Part shown: piece after piece, positions 24,481-36,715 of the stretch
Position numbering within the stretch: the first letter of the stretch is position 1
Layout of the letters: each line of letters opens with the position of its first letter
Assembly (NCBI GenBank): GCA_964016885.1
Contig: OZ024741.1
Span: 227,106,001-227,170,000, forward strand
Source of the DNA: Eledone cirrhosa
Taxonomy: Eukaryota
Direction of reading: 5' to 3'
Length of the DNA stretch: 64,000 nt
Program-made: the position numbers and the translations under genes
Notes under the pieces: generated by a model
The model's input: only the letters and a program-made list of their open reading frames with translations
Database searches by the model: none
What the model was told of the DNA's origin: nothing

Positions 24481-24697
24481 TTAGCTGCACCTTTTTTTTG
24501 CTTCTGTGTTTCTGCTTTTTCTTTGCCTTTTTTTTTTTTTATGCATGCATGTGTTTTTTAACATTTTTAAAATCTTTATTCTGGATTTAATGATTGGCAG
24601 AGCGAATAGCTCCCCCTTGTTGCATTGTTCGCCATCTTACTCCACGTGTGAGTAATAACATCGATTTTCGATGATTTGAAAATCTGGCAGGAAGTAC

Positions 24698-25153
24698 TGT
24701 AGTAAGACGCCTCACGCCCCCTGGCGGATAATAGACCAGGCCTAGTTGTCTCCCCCTGGTTGAGAACACCAGAGGTAAACAGAGACAGCCACGGGAAAGC
24801 AGACGGCATACACGCCACAGAAAACAGCCTCTGTACCACGAAATGATAAACAGCCCTCGGGAACAGCAAACCCCACAATACTTTTGTAATTGTAATACGC
24901 TCCCATCACAACAACTGGATCACGTATATATTTGGTATGTTTCATTTGTAATATAATAAACACATATAAACAGAGTAAACATCACCATTATTTACATTGT
25001 TAAATATAACTCTCGTTGTGGTTATTGTCTTGTTTACGCACACACCCACTCACTTGTTATAATTCTCACTTACAAAAATGCTAAATAGACGAGGGACCTT
25101 CCCTCACGTCTATGTCAATAAACAATCCAACTAGGATACATTATTTTACCACA
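24698..25153 (+). repeat. 3' LTR (456 bp)
   Basis: Direct repeat of the 5' LTR, preceded by purine-rich GGCAGGAAG. Confidence 0.95.
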
Positions 25154-27374
25154 AGATCAACCCATTTGGGAACAGGATGTTGAACATAATAGTCAGGCAG
25201 TGTGGATTGAGACAGTTAAAAACGAGATTAGTAAACAAGCACACCAACCTGATTTGAGTATCACAGTTGAAACTTTTAAAAAGCAGGCCAATAAACTAAC
25301 CAACAGGAAATCACCAGGTCCAGATGGTGTGCAAGTATATTGGATAAAAAATATAACATCCCTCCACCCAAAACTGACAGTCATGTTCAATGACTGCTTG
25401 GTTTTGGGTGAAGTACCAGAGTGGTTGACAAAAGGTACAACAGTTCTGGTAATGAAAGACTGAATCAAGGGTAATAAGGTTACCAACTATAGACCTATCA
25501 CATGTCTGTCCGTAATGTGGAAACTGCTAACAAGCATTGTGTCTTAGGAAATCTACTATCACCTCCACATAAACAACTCATTGCCGGACAAACAGAAAGG
25601 ATGCTGAAAGAACCAAAATGGTACAAAAGACTTATTGACAAGATGGTAATAAGGAACTGCAAGAGGAGGCATACTGGTCTTGCCATGAGATGGATAGATT
25701 ACAAGAAGGCATTCAACATGGTTCCTCATTCTTGGATAATCAAAAGCCTAGAGATCTTCAAGGTGGCAGACATCAGAGAGCTATTAAGTAAAAGTATGAA
25801 GTCTTGGGAAACAGAGCTAACATCAGGTGGAGAATCCATGGGAGGAGTGAAGATCAAGAGAGGTATCTTCCAGGGAGATATTTTGTTCCCTTTATTGTTT
25901 GTCCTTACCCTCATACCCTTGTCCCAAATATTGCGAAAAGTGAAAGCAGGATACAACCTGGGAAGAGCAGAGCTTACCATCAACCACCTCCTCTTCATGG
26001 ACGATCTTAGACTCTTTGGGAAGAGTGAGAAGGAGTTGGATGTACTTGTTAATACTGTCCGTAAACAGAAGCAACAGGTAAGATGATAAAAGAAATCGAC
26101 ACTGAAGACGGATACAGGTATTTGGGTGTTCTGGAGGCAAATGACATCAAGAATAAAATGAAGGAGCTGATAAGATCTGAATTCATAAGGAGAGTAAGGA
26201 ACATACTAAAATCAAATCTAAATAGTAGGAATGTCGTAAGTGCAGTAAATTCCCGAGCTGTATAGTGTGGGGATTCTCAAATGGAATGTTACTGAACAAA
26301 ACGAAATGGATAGAAAGACTAGGAAGCTAATGACTAACTACAGCATGTTTCACAAGAAGAGAGATGTTGATAGATGCTACTTAAAGACATCTGAAGGTAG
26401 AAGAGGTCTTATCAGTATAGAGGACTGTGTTCAGATAGAGAAGAGCTGTCTACACAAACGTGTCAGAGTAAGGAGCTGATGCTCAAAGTTGCATTGAAGG
26501 AGAAGACAATAGACCAGGGATGTCCAAGAAGGCAGTAACAACAAAGAGGAAGAGCAACCTTCGTGAAAAAGCCCTCCATAGCACTTTTTTTAAGAAAACG
26601 GAATTCAGTGATCCACAGACTTGGAGCTGGTTAAAAAGAGGAGACCTTAAAAAACCTAGAGGGAATGCTACTAGCTGCACAGGAGCAAGCCCTCAGAACG
26701 AATTGAGTGAAACACCATACTGACAAGGAGGAGGCTAGCCTGCTCTAGAATCTGTGGAGAGAGGAAACAGTGGTTCACATCATATCTGAGTCTAAACACC
26801 TAGCCCATATTCACTATAAAAGATGGAGGCATGATATGATAGTAAAGGTAATTCACTGGCATTTATGCAAACTAAACAATTTACCACATTCTGAGAAGGA
26901 AGTGGTTTGAGCATAAGCCAGAGTCAGTGATAAAAAACGATCAAGTGAAGGTGCTATGGGATTTCAGGATCCAGACTGACAAGAAATTAGAACACAATAA
27001 ACCTGACCTGGTGATTTTTGATAAGGAAAAAAAACATTGTGCCTGATTGTAGATGTAGCCTGCCCCTTTGACACAAGAGTGCAAGAAAAGGAGAACATTA
27101 ACCGATACCAGGATTTAAAGTGGGAATTAAAAAGGATTTGGAACTGCCATGAAGTCAAAGTGGTCCCGATTGTCATAGGAGCACTTGGTACTATCTCGAA
27201 GAGTTTTCAAGGATGGTTAAAGAACATTAGTCCAGCTCCCTTTTTTGGAACACTTCAAAGGGCATGCTTGCTGAGAACAGTAAAAACTCTGATACATCCA
27301 GAATATCTGAGGCTGCAGGGAGTGGCTTGATGTTTATTTGAACAAACTTTCCAGTTAAATTACATCAATCACTG

Positions 27375-29775
27375 AGACTCCAAAAGTCTTCCTCTGGCGC
27401 AAACTCTTCTCTGATTATGGACCTGGATGGTCACTTGAATGGGGATTGCCCCAACTCAAGCCCGCCAGCTCCCCCACCCAAACCATCCCAAAAGAAAAAT
27501 GTAAAAGGATGAAATGGACCCAAGAAGAATATAAAGATGTAATATACGCATAAAGTAAGCCATCACAAGAAAGACACACTGCAAGCTCTTACAAAATTTG
27601 GAAAACATGGAATCAGGTTAGCAGATGTTATCTGGATGAAAATAAGTTAACAAATGTTAGGAGGGATATCGAATCTCCAATTATATCATTCCAATGGAGT
27701 ACTAAGTTCTAAGAATATAAACATCAACTGTGGCATTTTCCAAGGTGACTCACTTTCACCCTTACTTTTTTTGTATAGCTTTAGTACCCATTACATCTGA
27801 ACTTAATAGAACAGGGTTTGGTGACAAAATTGACAAGAAAATAAGCCATGTATCTTATATGGATGATTTAAAGCTATATTGCAAATACAATGATGAGTTA
27901 GGAAGCCTTTTGTGGAGAATAAAAACATTTAGTAATGACATCAGGATGGAGTTTGGACTTGATAAGTGTGCCAAAGCCACTTTCAAGAAGTGGAAGCTTG
28001 TCAACTCAAACTCAGTTGAATTAGATGCTGAAACAGTCATAAAGGAACTTGAGAAGGAACAAACTTATAAATACTTAGGGATTAATGAAGCTTCTGGCAT
28101 TCAGCCTGCAAGTATGAAAGAGGATAAGGAAGGAATGTTACAAGAGAGTACGTGCAGTTCTGAGATCAGAACTAAATGCTCATAACAAGGTGTTAGCCAT
28201 AAATTCCTTGGCAGTTCCAGTTGTCACTTATAACTTTGGTGTGTTGAACTGGAGTATGGGAGAAATTAAAAGAATCGACACCAAAATCCGTATGTTACTG
28301 ACTTGTAATAGGATGCACCACCCAAAGGCAGATGTGGATCGCCTTTACCTTCTTAGAACTGAAGGAGGCCATGGCCTGATCCAATCTGAATTTACCTACA
28401 GGAACACCACTATTGAACTGGCCTTGGAACAGCAAACGACTGTATGCTGAAACTTGTTGAAAAACATGAGAGAAGTAAGAAGCTTCATTCTATCTTGAAG
28501 GAGAGCAAAAAATATGCTACTGATCACATGCTTGGTCCCCAGGTTAGACAGACTAAGGAAAATGTTGCAACTGATGTTGCTAAGCATATAAAATTAATGG
28601 GAAAAACAAAAGGGCAAGAATAGTTAGCATCAAAGTGGGAGCAGAAACCTCTGTATGGCAGATATGTGGGCTGTAGCAAACTAGATGATGTTGACCAGAA
28701 GCACACCCATCAGTGGCTACATAGGTCAGGACTAAAAGCAGAAAGTGAAAGCTTCATCTTAGCTACCCAAGATCAAAGCTTACATACACGGAATTACCAG
28801 GCCAATATGATGAGAAATGGAATAAATCCAAAGTGCCGATTCTGCAATGATATGGTTGAAAAAGTGGACCACTTAATCCCTGGATGTAAAGTTTTAGCCC
28901 TCCATGCTCACCACCAAGAAATCCAAAGAAAAGAGAGAGAAAAATGGTCAAGGGAAGACAATAAAGAAGTCCTTGAGACTTTCTACACTGCCATGTACTG
29001 CCCATCAAATAGATCGAATACAGAACAGACGTATATCAACAGGAAAAAGAAACATCCTGAAAACAGAGACTATATTGACAGTAACAAACTAGCTAATATA
29101 CAAAGAAACATTGTTAAGAAGAAATTACTAACTGCCATAGAAATTGATCAGATCAAGCAATTTAGCCCAATCTAGACATGACAGAGTTGGCAAATATCTA
29201 TACAGGTTAATGTCAGTATTATAAAATCAATACTGCTGACAAGTGGTACAATCATCACCCTGAGGCTGTAACTGAAGAAGAAAAAGTAACGATTCTTTGG
29301 GACTTTCCTGTACATACTGACCAGACCATAAAAGCTAATAGATCAGATATCATTGTAAAAGACCAATATAGCAAGGTTTGTTTGTTGATTGATGAACATC
29401 CCATGTGATCACAATATTGCAGCAAAAGAATTAGACAAGATAAGAAAATATAAAGATCTGCTAATTGGAAATGAAAAAATGTGGCACCTCAAGGCCGTTA
29501 CTATACCAGTGATTGTGGGAGCACTGGGAATGATCAAGTATGGAACAGAACAGTATTTGAGAATGATCCCTGGTTTACCCTCTCTGCAAGAGGTGCAAAA
29601 AATTGTTTTAGCTGGTACTGCACACATATTGAGAAGAGCACTATCACTTTGAAAATTATAATCAATTTGGCATGTTAGCTGTATACAGTGAGTTTATTTG
29701 CCCTAGGTGTCAAGAAGACACTTGGCATATAACGGAAACAACACTGGAGGAAAAGGAAAGACAACAATAATAATA
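27375..29775 (+). mobile_element. R4/Dong-type LINE, internally deleted and decayed
   Basis: 5' KWT.EEYKDV-like segment, YMDDLKLY, MEFGLDKCA, YKYLGI, QDQSL.TRNY, CRFC, IPVIVGALG; ends in an (AAC)(AAT) tail. Confidence 0.85.
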
Positions 29776-29874
29776 TCACCCCTCCCCTCTCCAGAAAAAT
29801 CCCCAGCACCACCGGCACAGCCAACTGCAAAGGCTATATCAACAATGGCCGCAAGTATATTATAATAACAATAA

Positions 29875-30455
29875 AAACCCTGTGACCAAGAAATACCAGG
29901 TTGGCAGCCGGCAGGGAATAGCTGTGCCTCATGAGTAGGATGACCCCTCTAGTCTTGGTTGACACTCATCTTAGAAGTCGTAACTCAAAATAATTACCCC
30001 CTTGGCAATTAAGGATAACACGCAACAAAATAAATCCAATGTCAAATAATAAAAACTCATACCAGATCAGCCGTCACCTGAGTCAACAAGGGTTGTGTCC
30101 CTCAGAGAGAGGAACCAGTCTGGGGTTGAAAAATTAGCTAATGGTTGAAACCTTCTAATCAAGTCGGAGCTGGAGACGTCCCATAACTGGAATACTCCTA
30201 CTATTGGCCCTCCAAGAAAAAAAAAGAAAAATAGTCAAGGGAAGACAATAAAGAAGTCCTTGAAGCTTTCTATGGTGCTATGTACTACCCATCAAATAGA
30301 TTGAATACAGAACAGATGTGTATCAACTGGAAAAAGAAACATCCCGAAAACAGAGACTATATTGACAGTAAAAGCAGGGAAAAGCGGACGTAAAATGAAA
30401 TGATGATGAAATGATGATTACTGAACTAAATCATCTCTATTATGCATCGGCTAAA
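29875..30455 (+). mobile_element. 5' fragment of an R4/Dong-type LINE
   Basis: Diverged homolog of 30475-30990, plus a short match to ~31444-31483. Confidence 0.85.
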
Positions 30456-31813
30456 AAAAAACAACAAAAAAGAAAACCCCATCATCAAGAAATACCGGGA
30501 TGGCGGTCGGCGGGGAATAGCCGTGTCTCTAGGGGAGGACGACCCCTCTAGTCTTGGTTGACACTCGTCCTAGAAGTGGTAACACGAAATGATTACGCCT
30601 TGGCGGTTAAGGATAAAACGCGACAAAATAAAGTAAATGTCAAATGATAAAATCTCATACCGGATCGGCCGTCACCCGGGTCAAAAAGGGCCACGTCCCT
30701 CAGAGAGGAACCAGACTGGGGTCGACAAATCAGCTAATGGTTCAAACCTTCCCATCACTTCGGAGCTGGAGACCTCCCATAACCGGAATACTCCTACTGT
30801 TGGCCCTCCATGCTCACCACCAAGAAATCCAAAGAAAAAGAGAGAAAAATGGTCAAGAGAAGACAATAAAGAAGTCCTTGAGGTTTTCTACACTGCAATG
30901 TACTACCCATCAAATAGATCGAATACAGAACAGACATATATCAACTGGAAAAAGAAACATCCCGAAAACAGAGGCTATATTGACAGTAACGAACTAGCCA
31001 ATATACGAAGAAATATTGTTAAAAAAAAGTTACTAAATGATTTAGAAATTGACCAGATCAAGCAATTAGCACAAAGTCAGCGAAGGGAAAATGAAACATG
31101 TGTCAGTGAAAACGAGGTAAATTGTAACACTTCGAATCCCAGGGCTGGGGCGGAATCACTGACAACAGAACAAATTAAAGAAAGGATCAAAAAAGTGGAG
31201 GGAGTGCATGCTCAAGATTAAACTCAAAATGAAAACAATGAGATCGTAAATGATAAAGAAATGAATGAGAATGAACTTGCCAACTTGAAGGATGAAATTA
31301 TGATCGAATGGATGAAAATGAAAGAATCTGACATGGGGGAACGAGACACCCTCCCTAAGATCCAGAACTCCAAACAGAACCAAAAGATAATACACAAGAC
31401 TAACATAATTCTCAAAAACATTATCATCACAAACAAACTAAACATTACTGATTTAAATCCTCTCTATTATGCATCAGCTAAAATCACCACTCACTTATGT
31501 GGAGTGAAAATGAAAAATCAAAGAAATACCCACAAAAAACCTGCTTGGCAAGAGAACATCAAACGCCGAATAAACCTGCTTCGATCTGACATAGAAATTT
31601 TAGCAAACTACAAAGTAGAACATGTTAAACAAATTAAATTTAGAAAATTGAAAAGAAAATACAATATAAAATCAACAAGCGACATAGATATGATGATTCG
31701 AACAACCAAGCAAAAAGTGTCGGCCAAAGCTGCTCGTATAAGGCGCTTTGAAAAAGGCTCCAGATTCTATAAGGACAATAATATGTTAAAAAACAACCCA
31801 AAAAACTTCTATG

Positions 31814-32010
31814 AAAATTTTTTGGGCCAGTGGACCCTACGACCTGAACGGGTCGTGGTCTTGTAACGTGGTGATGGTGGTGGTGTAGGGACAGGTGATG
31901 TGGTCAGTCTGCTTTCTAGTGGCTGTCTGTTTATCTCGTGTTCTCAACCAGCGGAAGATAACTAGGGTTGTTCTATTATCCTGGCAGGAGGCGTGAGGCG
32001 TCTTACTACA
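31814..32010 (-). mobile_element. Internally deleted relative of the Gypsy element (LTR start fused to pol end)
   Basis: Minus strand starts TGTAGTAAGACGCCTCACG and, after ~110 nt, matches 24372-24453. Confidence 0.85.
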
Positions 32011-32299
32011 GATGTAAACGAGGCTCATATGGCTGTAAGAATCAACTTTTGATTAACAAAACGATTCTGGATGATTGTCATAATAGACACAAACATCTCT
32101 CAATTGCCTGGATAGATTACAAAAAAGCATTTGATAGTTTGCTGCACTAACTTTAGAGATTTTCAAAATATCTCCCCTTGTTGGGAGGTTCATGTCATTC
32201 AGTATGAAAGCATGGAAAACAACATTCATTTTGAACAATGAAAATAAAAAAATCACTGGAAGCTGGAGAAGTTGATATTAATTGTGGAAATTTTCAGGG

Positions 32300-32860
32300 T
32301 GTAACGGAGTTATTTGCATGGCGTGCATCAATAAACTATCCATGTGTGATTTGGTTAAAGCAGACCAATCGTGAGTCGCACATGGTTATTTTCAATTTCT
32401 GCCCAAGCTCAAAATTTTTACCGCTTCTTTTGTTTACACTACACACTTGCTGCCTTTGACTCCAAGAAGTCAACACACGCCATCATGCAACTGTCAGATT
32501 TCACTTCGGCTTGTCCAGCCTCATATCGACCAGGTGCTTTTCTTTGTTTTTAACATTTGATTTGTTTGTCCCTTTTTATTTGGCATGCCCACAACTTTCC
32601 TAATCATTTTGGTTGTAAATAAATTATGTAAAAACATTGTAAGGTGTTTTATGATGCTTTTACCACAACTGGCTAACATTGCCTCACTTAATATACCATT
32701 ACATTTCTCTCTATAACAATTAGCTAAACGTACTATCACAAATAACATTAATCCTCTTATACCTTTAATGCCCACACGGCATTACTTATTCTTATTATGC
32801 CAACACGGCATAATAAACTTTCTTATTAATATTATGCCAACACGGCATAATATTACTTTA
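32300..32860 (+). mobile_element. LTR-like unit (32300-32667) plus ~190-nt tail with three hairpins
   Basis: TGTAAC...AAATAAA...TTTTACCACA; interrupts the LINE RT just after NFQG; 3' part resembles 40880-40980. Confidence 0.65.
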
Positions 32861-33788
32861 ACTGCTTTTATTCTGCAATGCGCTTTTACCATTAAGTAAA
32901 ATGCTTAATGAAACAGTCTATGACAAAACCCTTAATCACTTGTTCTACATGGATGACCTAAAGCTATTTGCAAAAGATGATGAGCAAATGCAAGGGCCAT
33001 TATCCACTGTGAAGCAGTTTAGTGATATTAAAATGGAGTTTGGACTAGATAAATGCACCAAATCCACATTCACCAGAGGAATGTTGCTGAAAAGTTCAAA
33101 CATTAATCCTGATCGGGGGAATGTCAAAAGAGAACTTGATCAAGAGGAAACTTACAACTATCTAGGTGTTTGTGAAGGAGGTGGAATCAAGCACTCAACG
33201 ATGAGAAAGGATAAGGAATGTTATCACAGAGTAAGAGCAATTTTAACATCAGAGTTAAATGCAAGGAATAGGATCGATGCCATAAACACACTTGCCTTAC
33301 CTGTAGTAACTTACAGTTTCAATGTCATCAACTGGTCAAGCACAGAGATCCGTAAACTCGATACAAAAATTAGAAAACTCTTAACCATGCACAGATAGAA
33401 TATATCTCCCTAGGAAAGAAGGAGGTGTGGAATAATCCAGTTAGATATTTCTTTGAAAACTGCAACAATTGGATTATCTACATATTTAAGGGAATCACAT
33501 GATTGGATGATCAAACTCGTTTTGAAACATGAAAGCAACAAAAGATCATACTCCATTACAAAAGATGCACCTAGATACAGTAATGAACTACAAATTTCAG
33601 AAGTTCCATTTACTGCTGAAATGAAAAACAGAAAAAGCAAAGTAAAAGTAAAAGTAACTGCAAAGAACAATTAAAGAATATTGCTAAGAAATGGCAGGAA
33701 AAACCTCTGCATGGAAAATATCCAGAAAGAGCTAACAATTCTGATGTTGACAAAACTTTAACCCATCAGTGGTTGGCATCCTCTAGAC

Positions 33789-36013
33789 CAGGGGTCACCA
33801 AACTATGGCCCGCGACGTCAGTTCATCAGGCCCGCCGACAGTACTTGCATTTGCGTGATAAAACGAATGGAACACGAGATGTTTCTAATTCAATGTCTTT
33901 TTCATTTTCAGATCCCGTTTTCTTCACCCTTTATTATGGCTACTAAGAAAAGAAAAGTGGACACCAAGTGTCGCATTTTCATTGAAGAATGGGGAGTAAA
34001 GTACTTCTTTGTGGAAAGAAAGGAGCAGAAAGCTAGTTGTGTGGTATGCAGCGAAAGTGTTGCCGTTTTGAAAGAGTACAATCTTTGGCGTCACTATGAA
34101 ACAAAACAACATATTCAAAGTTTTCTGGAAAGTTACGCTCTGAGAAATATGAGTCCATGAAACGTGGTTTAGAAACTCAAAGAAATCTCTTCACGAGAAA
34201 GTTTGCTGAAAATGAATCTGTCACTCATACAAGTTACAAAATAGTGCATAAGTTGGCAGAGCAAGGAAAACCGTTTACTGATGGCAACTTCATCAAAGAG
34301 TGTATGATGGAAGCAGCAAATGACTTGTATCCTGAGAAAGCCGATTTGTTTGGAAGTATTAGCCTTTTGGCAAGTTCAGTTGTGCGGAGAACAGAAGAAC
34401 TTGGAGAGAACATAGTGCTACAGATACGCAAGAAAGCTAGGAACTTGTGGTATTCTCTGGCACTGGATGAGTCTACTGATCTCTCGAGTACGTCACAACT
34501 TCTCGTGTTCATTCGTGGTGTCAATTTGGACTTTCAGATAACGGAAGAGTTGGCATCCGTTTGCTGCATGCAGGGAACAACTGGAAAAGACATTTTCATG
34601 GAAGTGCAGAAAACTTGGCAAGAAATCAGCTTCGAGGTGTTACAGTTGATGGAGGAAAAAACATGGCTGGAGTGAGGAAGGGTCTGGTCGGGCAGATCAG
34701 GACTCAGTTGGAAGATTAGCAAATTCTGGGCGCTCTGTTCATACACTGCATCATACATCAGCAAGCACACTGTGGGAAAGACTTGGATATTTCTTGTGTA
34801 CTGAAACCAGTCGTTTCTGCTGTGAACTTCATTCGGAGACATGCACTCAATCACCGTCAGTTCCAGGATTTTCTTGAAGAAATTGATTCTGATTTCTTTG
34901 ACTTGCCTTATCACACAGCAATGAGGTGGCTCAGCTGCGGTAAAGTCTTGTTTCGTTTTTACAAGCTCCGAAATGAAATAGATGTTTTTCTCACTGAAAA
35001 AGATAGAGCTGATCCACAGCTGTCAGATCCTACCTGGCTGTCAGAGTTGTCATTTTTGGTCGACATCACATCCCACATGAATGAACTGAACTTGAAACTT
35101 CAGGGAAAGGATAACCTCGTCTGTGATCTCTACAGAATCATCAAAGGATTTCGGAGAAAGTTGTCATTGTTTGAAGCACAACTGGAAGGAGAAAACTTCT
35201 CTCATTTGTTTCAAAGAGATTTGCGCTACAATTGCTGAAGATGTCAACCTCGATTTTCCTAAAAAGATTATTCGTGACTTGAAGAAGCATTTTTTGGAGA
35301 GATTTTCAGATCTCGACAGAATTGAGAGTGACATTCTTCTGTTCCAGAATCCGTTTGATTGTAACCTTGATGATGTGCCAGTTGAACTACAGTTGGAGCT
35401 CATTGATTTGCAAGCAAATGACTTGTTGAAAGAGAAGCACAGAGAAGGAAAACTTGTTGAATTTTACCGCTTCTTACCTGATGTTTAGTTTCCGAAATTG
35501 AAGAAATTTGTCACTGGTATGGCATCATTGTTTGGAACAACTTATGTCTGTGAACAAACATTTTCAAAAATGAAGTATGTGAAGTCAACACATCGAATGA
35601 GATTGACTGATGAACATTTGAAAGCAATTCTCTTGATTGGATGCAGCAATTCCAAACCAAACATTGATGATATCTTGAAAGCCAAATGTCAGTTTCACAA
35701 ATCTCACTAACCTTTTTTGCTGCTTAGTTTGTAAGATTCGGATATGTGCACACTAGGTCTGATGTAACTATATTTTTGCTAACGTCGCCTTCTTTGATAA
35801 CTTTTTAGTAAATAAATATGTTGGTTGTCTTTGTTTTTTGTGCATTGCACGCCACTCACCCATGATTAACATGGACTGCTAAACGTAGTGTTTCGTCTTT
35901 TTTCCCAGAGCTTTCGTTCTGGCTTGCAAGTATTGAACAGAATGATTATGCGGCCCGCGCTCGGCATTCTTTCAGTTATCCGGCCCACTGTGAAAAAAGT
36001 TTGGTGACCCCTG
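33789..36013 (+). mobile_element. hAT DNA transposon (Charlie/Buster, SPIN/OC1-like)
   Basis: Perfect 16-bp TIR CAGGGGTCACCAAACT; 8-bp TSD CTCTAGAC (33781-33788 / 36014-36021). Confidence 0.96.
33936..35710 (+). pseudogene. hAT transposase (GTF2IRD2/EPM2AIP1-like), frameshifted
   Basis: MATKKRKVD..CRIF.EEW..KYFF, CVVC..HY, SLALDESTD, HCIIHQ, RWLS, FGTTYVCEQTFS. Confidence 0.92.
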
Positions 36014-36439
36014 CTCTAGACTGAAGTCTGAGACTGAAGGACTGATTATATCAGCACAAGATCAGTGTCTGCCAACAAAAAATTATCAAGTCAACATCAT
36101 AAAAAATGGATGCAACCCATTGTGCCATGTGTGTAAAAAACCAGAGACCATTGACATTGATCATATAATCTAAATATGCAGTCCTATAGCTCCAACCAAA
36201 TACCTTAACAAGCTTGACAGACCTGGAAAGAGAGATTGGAAAAATGTGAAAGTTGAGAGCTAAAACAATACCAGTGGTTGTAGGCTCTTTAGGAATGATA
36301 CTTAAGGGGTCTAATGATTACTTATCCCAAATCCGAGGAAACCCGCATATAGAAGAAATACAAAAGATAGTACTCCTATATACTAAAGAAAATTCTGTCG
36401 ATATAAGTATATCACAAGTGTAAACACCTAAAGATACAT

Positions 36440-36715
36440 GTGTGTGTGAGTGTGTTTTTCTGATTATATAGAAAGACACAACCGCATTGCTAAATATCTG
36501 CACTGGATGCTCTGCCGCTCTCATGACATCCAAACCTCTGACAAATAATAAGAACATCAACCAAAAAACAGTCATGGAAAATAGCAACATATCCATCTTG
36601 TGGGATATGCCTGTGATAACTGACCGAGAAATCTCTGCCAACAGACCAGATATCACAGATATCATCATAAAAAATAAAACAGGTCGGACATGTAGCCTTA
36701 TAGATATTTCAACCA
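36440..36715 (+). mobile_element. REL-endonuclease LINE fragment
   Basis: ISILWDMPVITDREISANRPDI..IIKNK...CSLIDIS. Confidence 0.75.

Larger units (their letters stand above)
19939..25153 (+). mobile_element. Gypsy LTR retrotransposon with both LTRs (CsRn1-like clade)
   Basis: TG..CA LTRs, 4-bp TSD AGAT (19935-19938 / 25154-25157), tRNA-Trp-like PBS, CHCC-like gag motif, PR-RT-RH-IN order. Confidence 0.95.
19530..27370 (+). mobile_element. R4/Dong-type LINE (RT + restriction-like endonuclease), decayed, split by a Gypsy insertion
   Basis: PWWK, KSPGPDGV, WIDYKKAF, GIFQGD, HLLFMDDL, YRYLGV, RHD, NKPD, IVDVACPFD, VPIVIGALG. Confidence 0.88.
30475..36425 (+). mobile_element. R4/Dong-type LINE with 5' leader, broken by three insertions
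   Basis: ORF start 30637 (KWSREDNKEV), KPAWQ, GCKNQLLI, AWIDYKKAFDS, HLFYMDDLKLF, KPLHGKY, AQDQCL, IPVVVGSLG. Confidence 0.88.
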
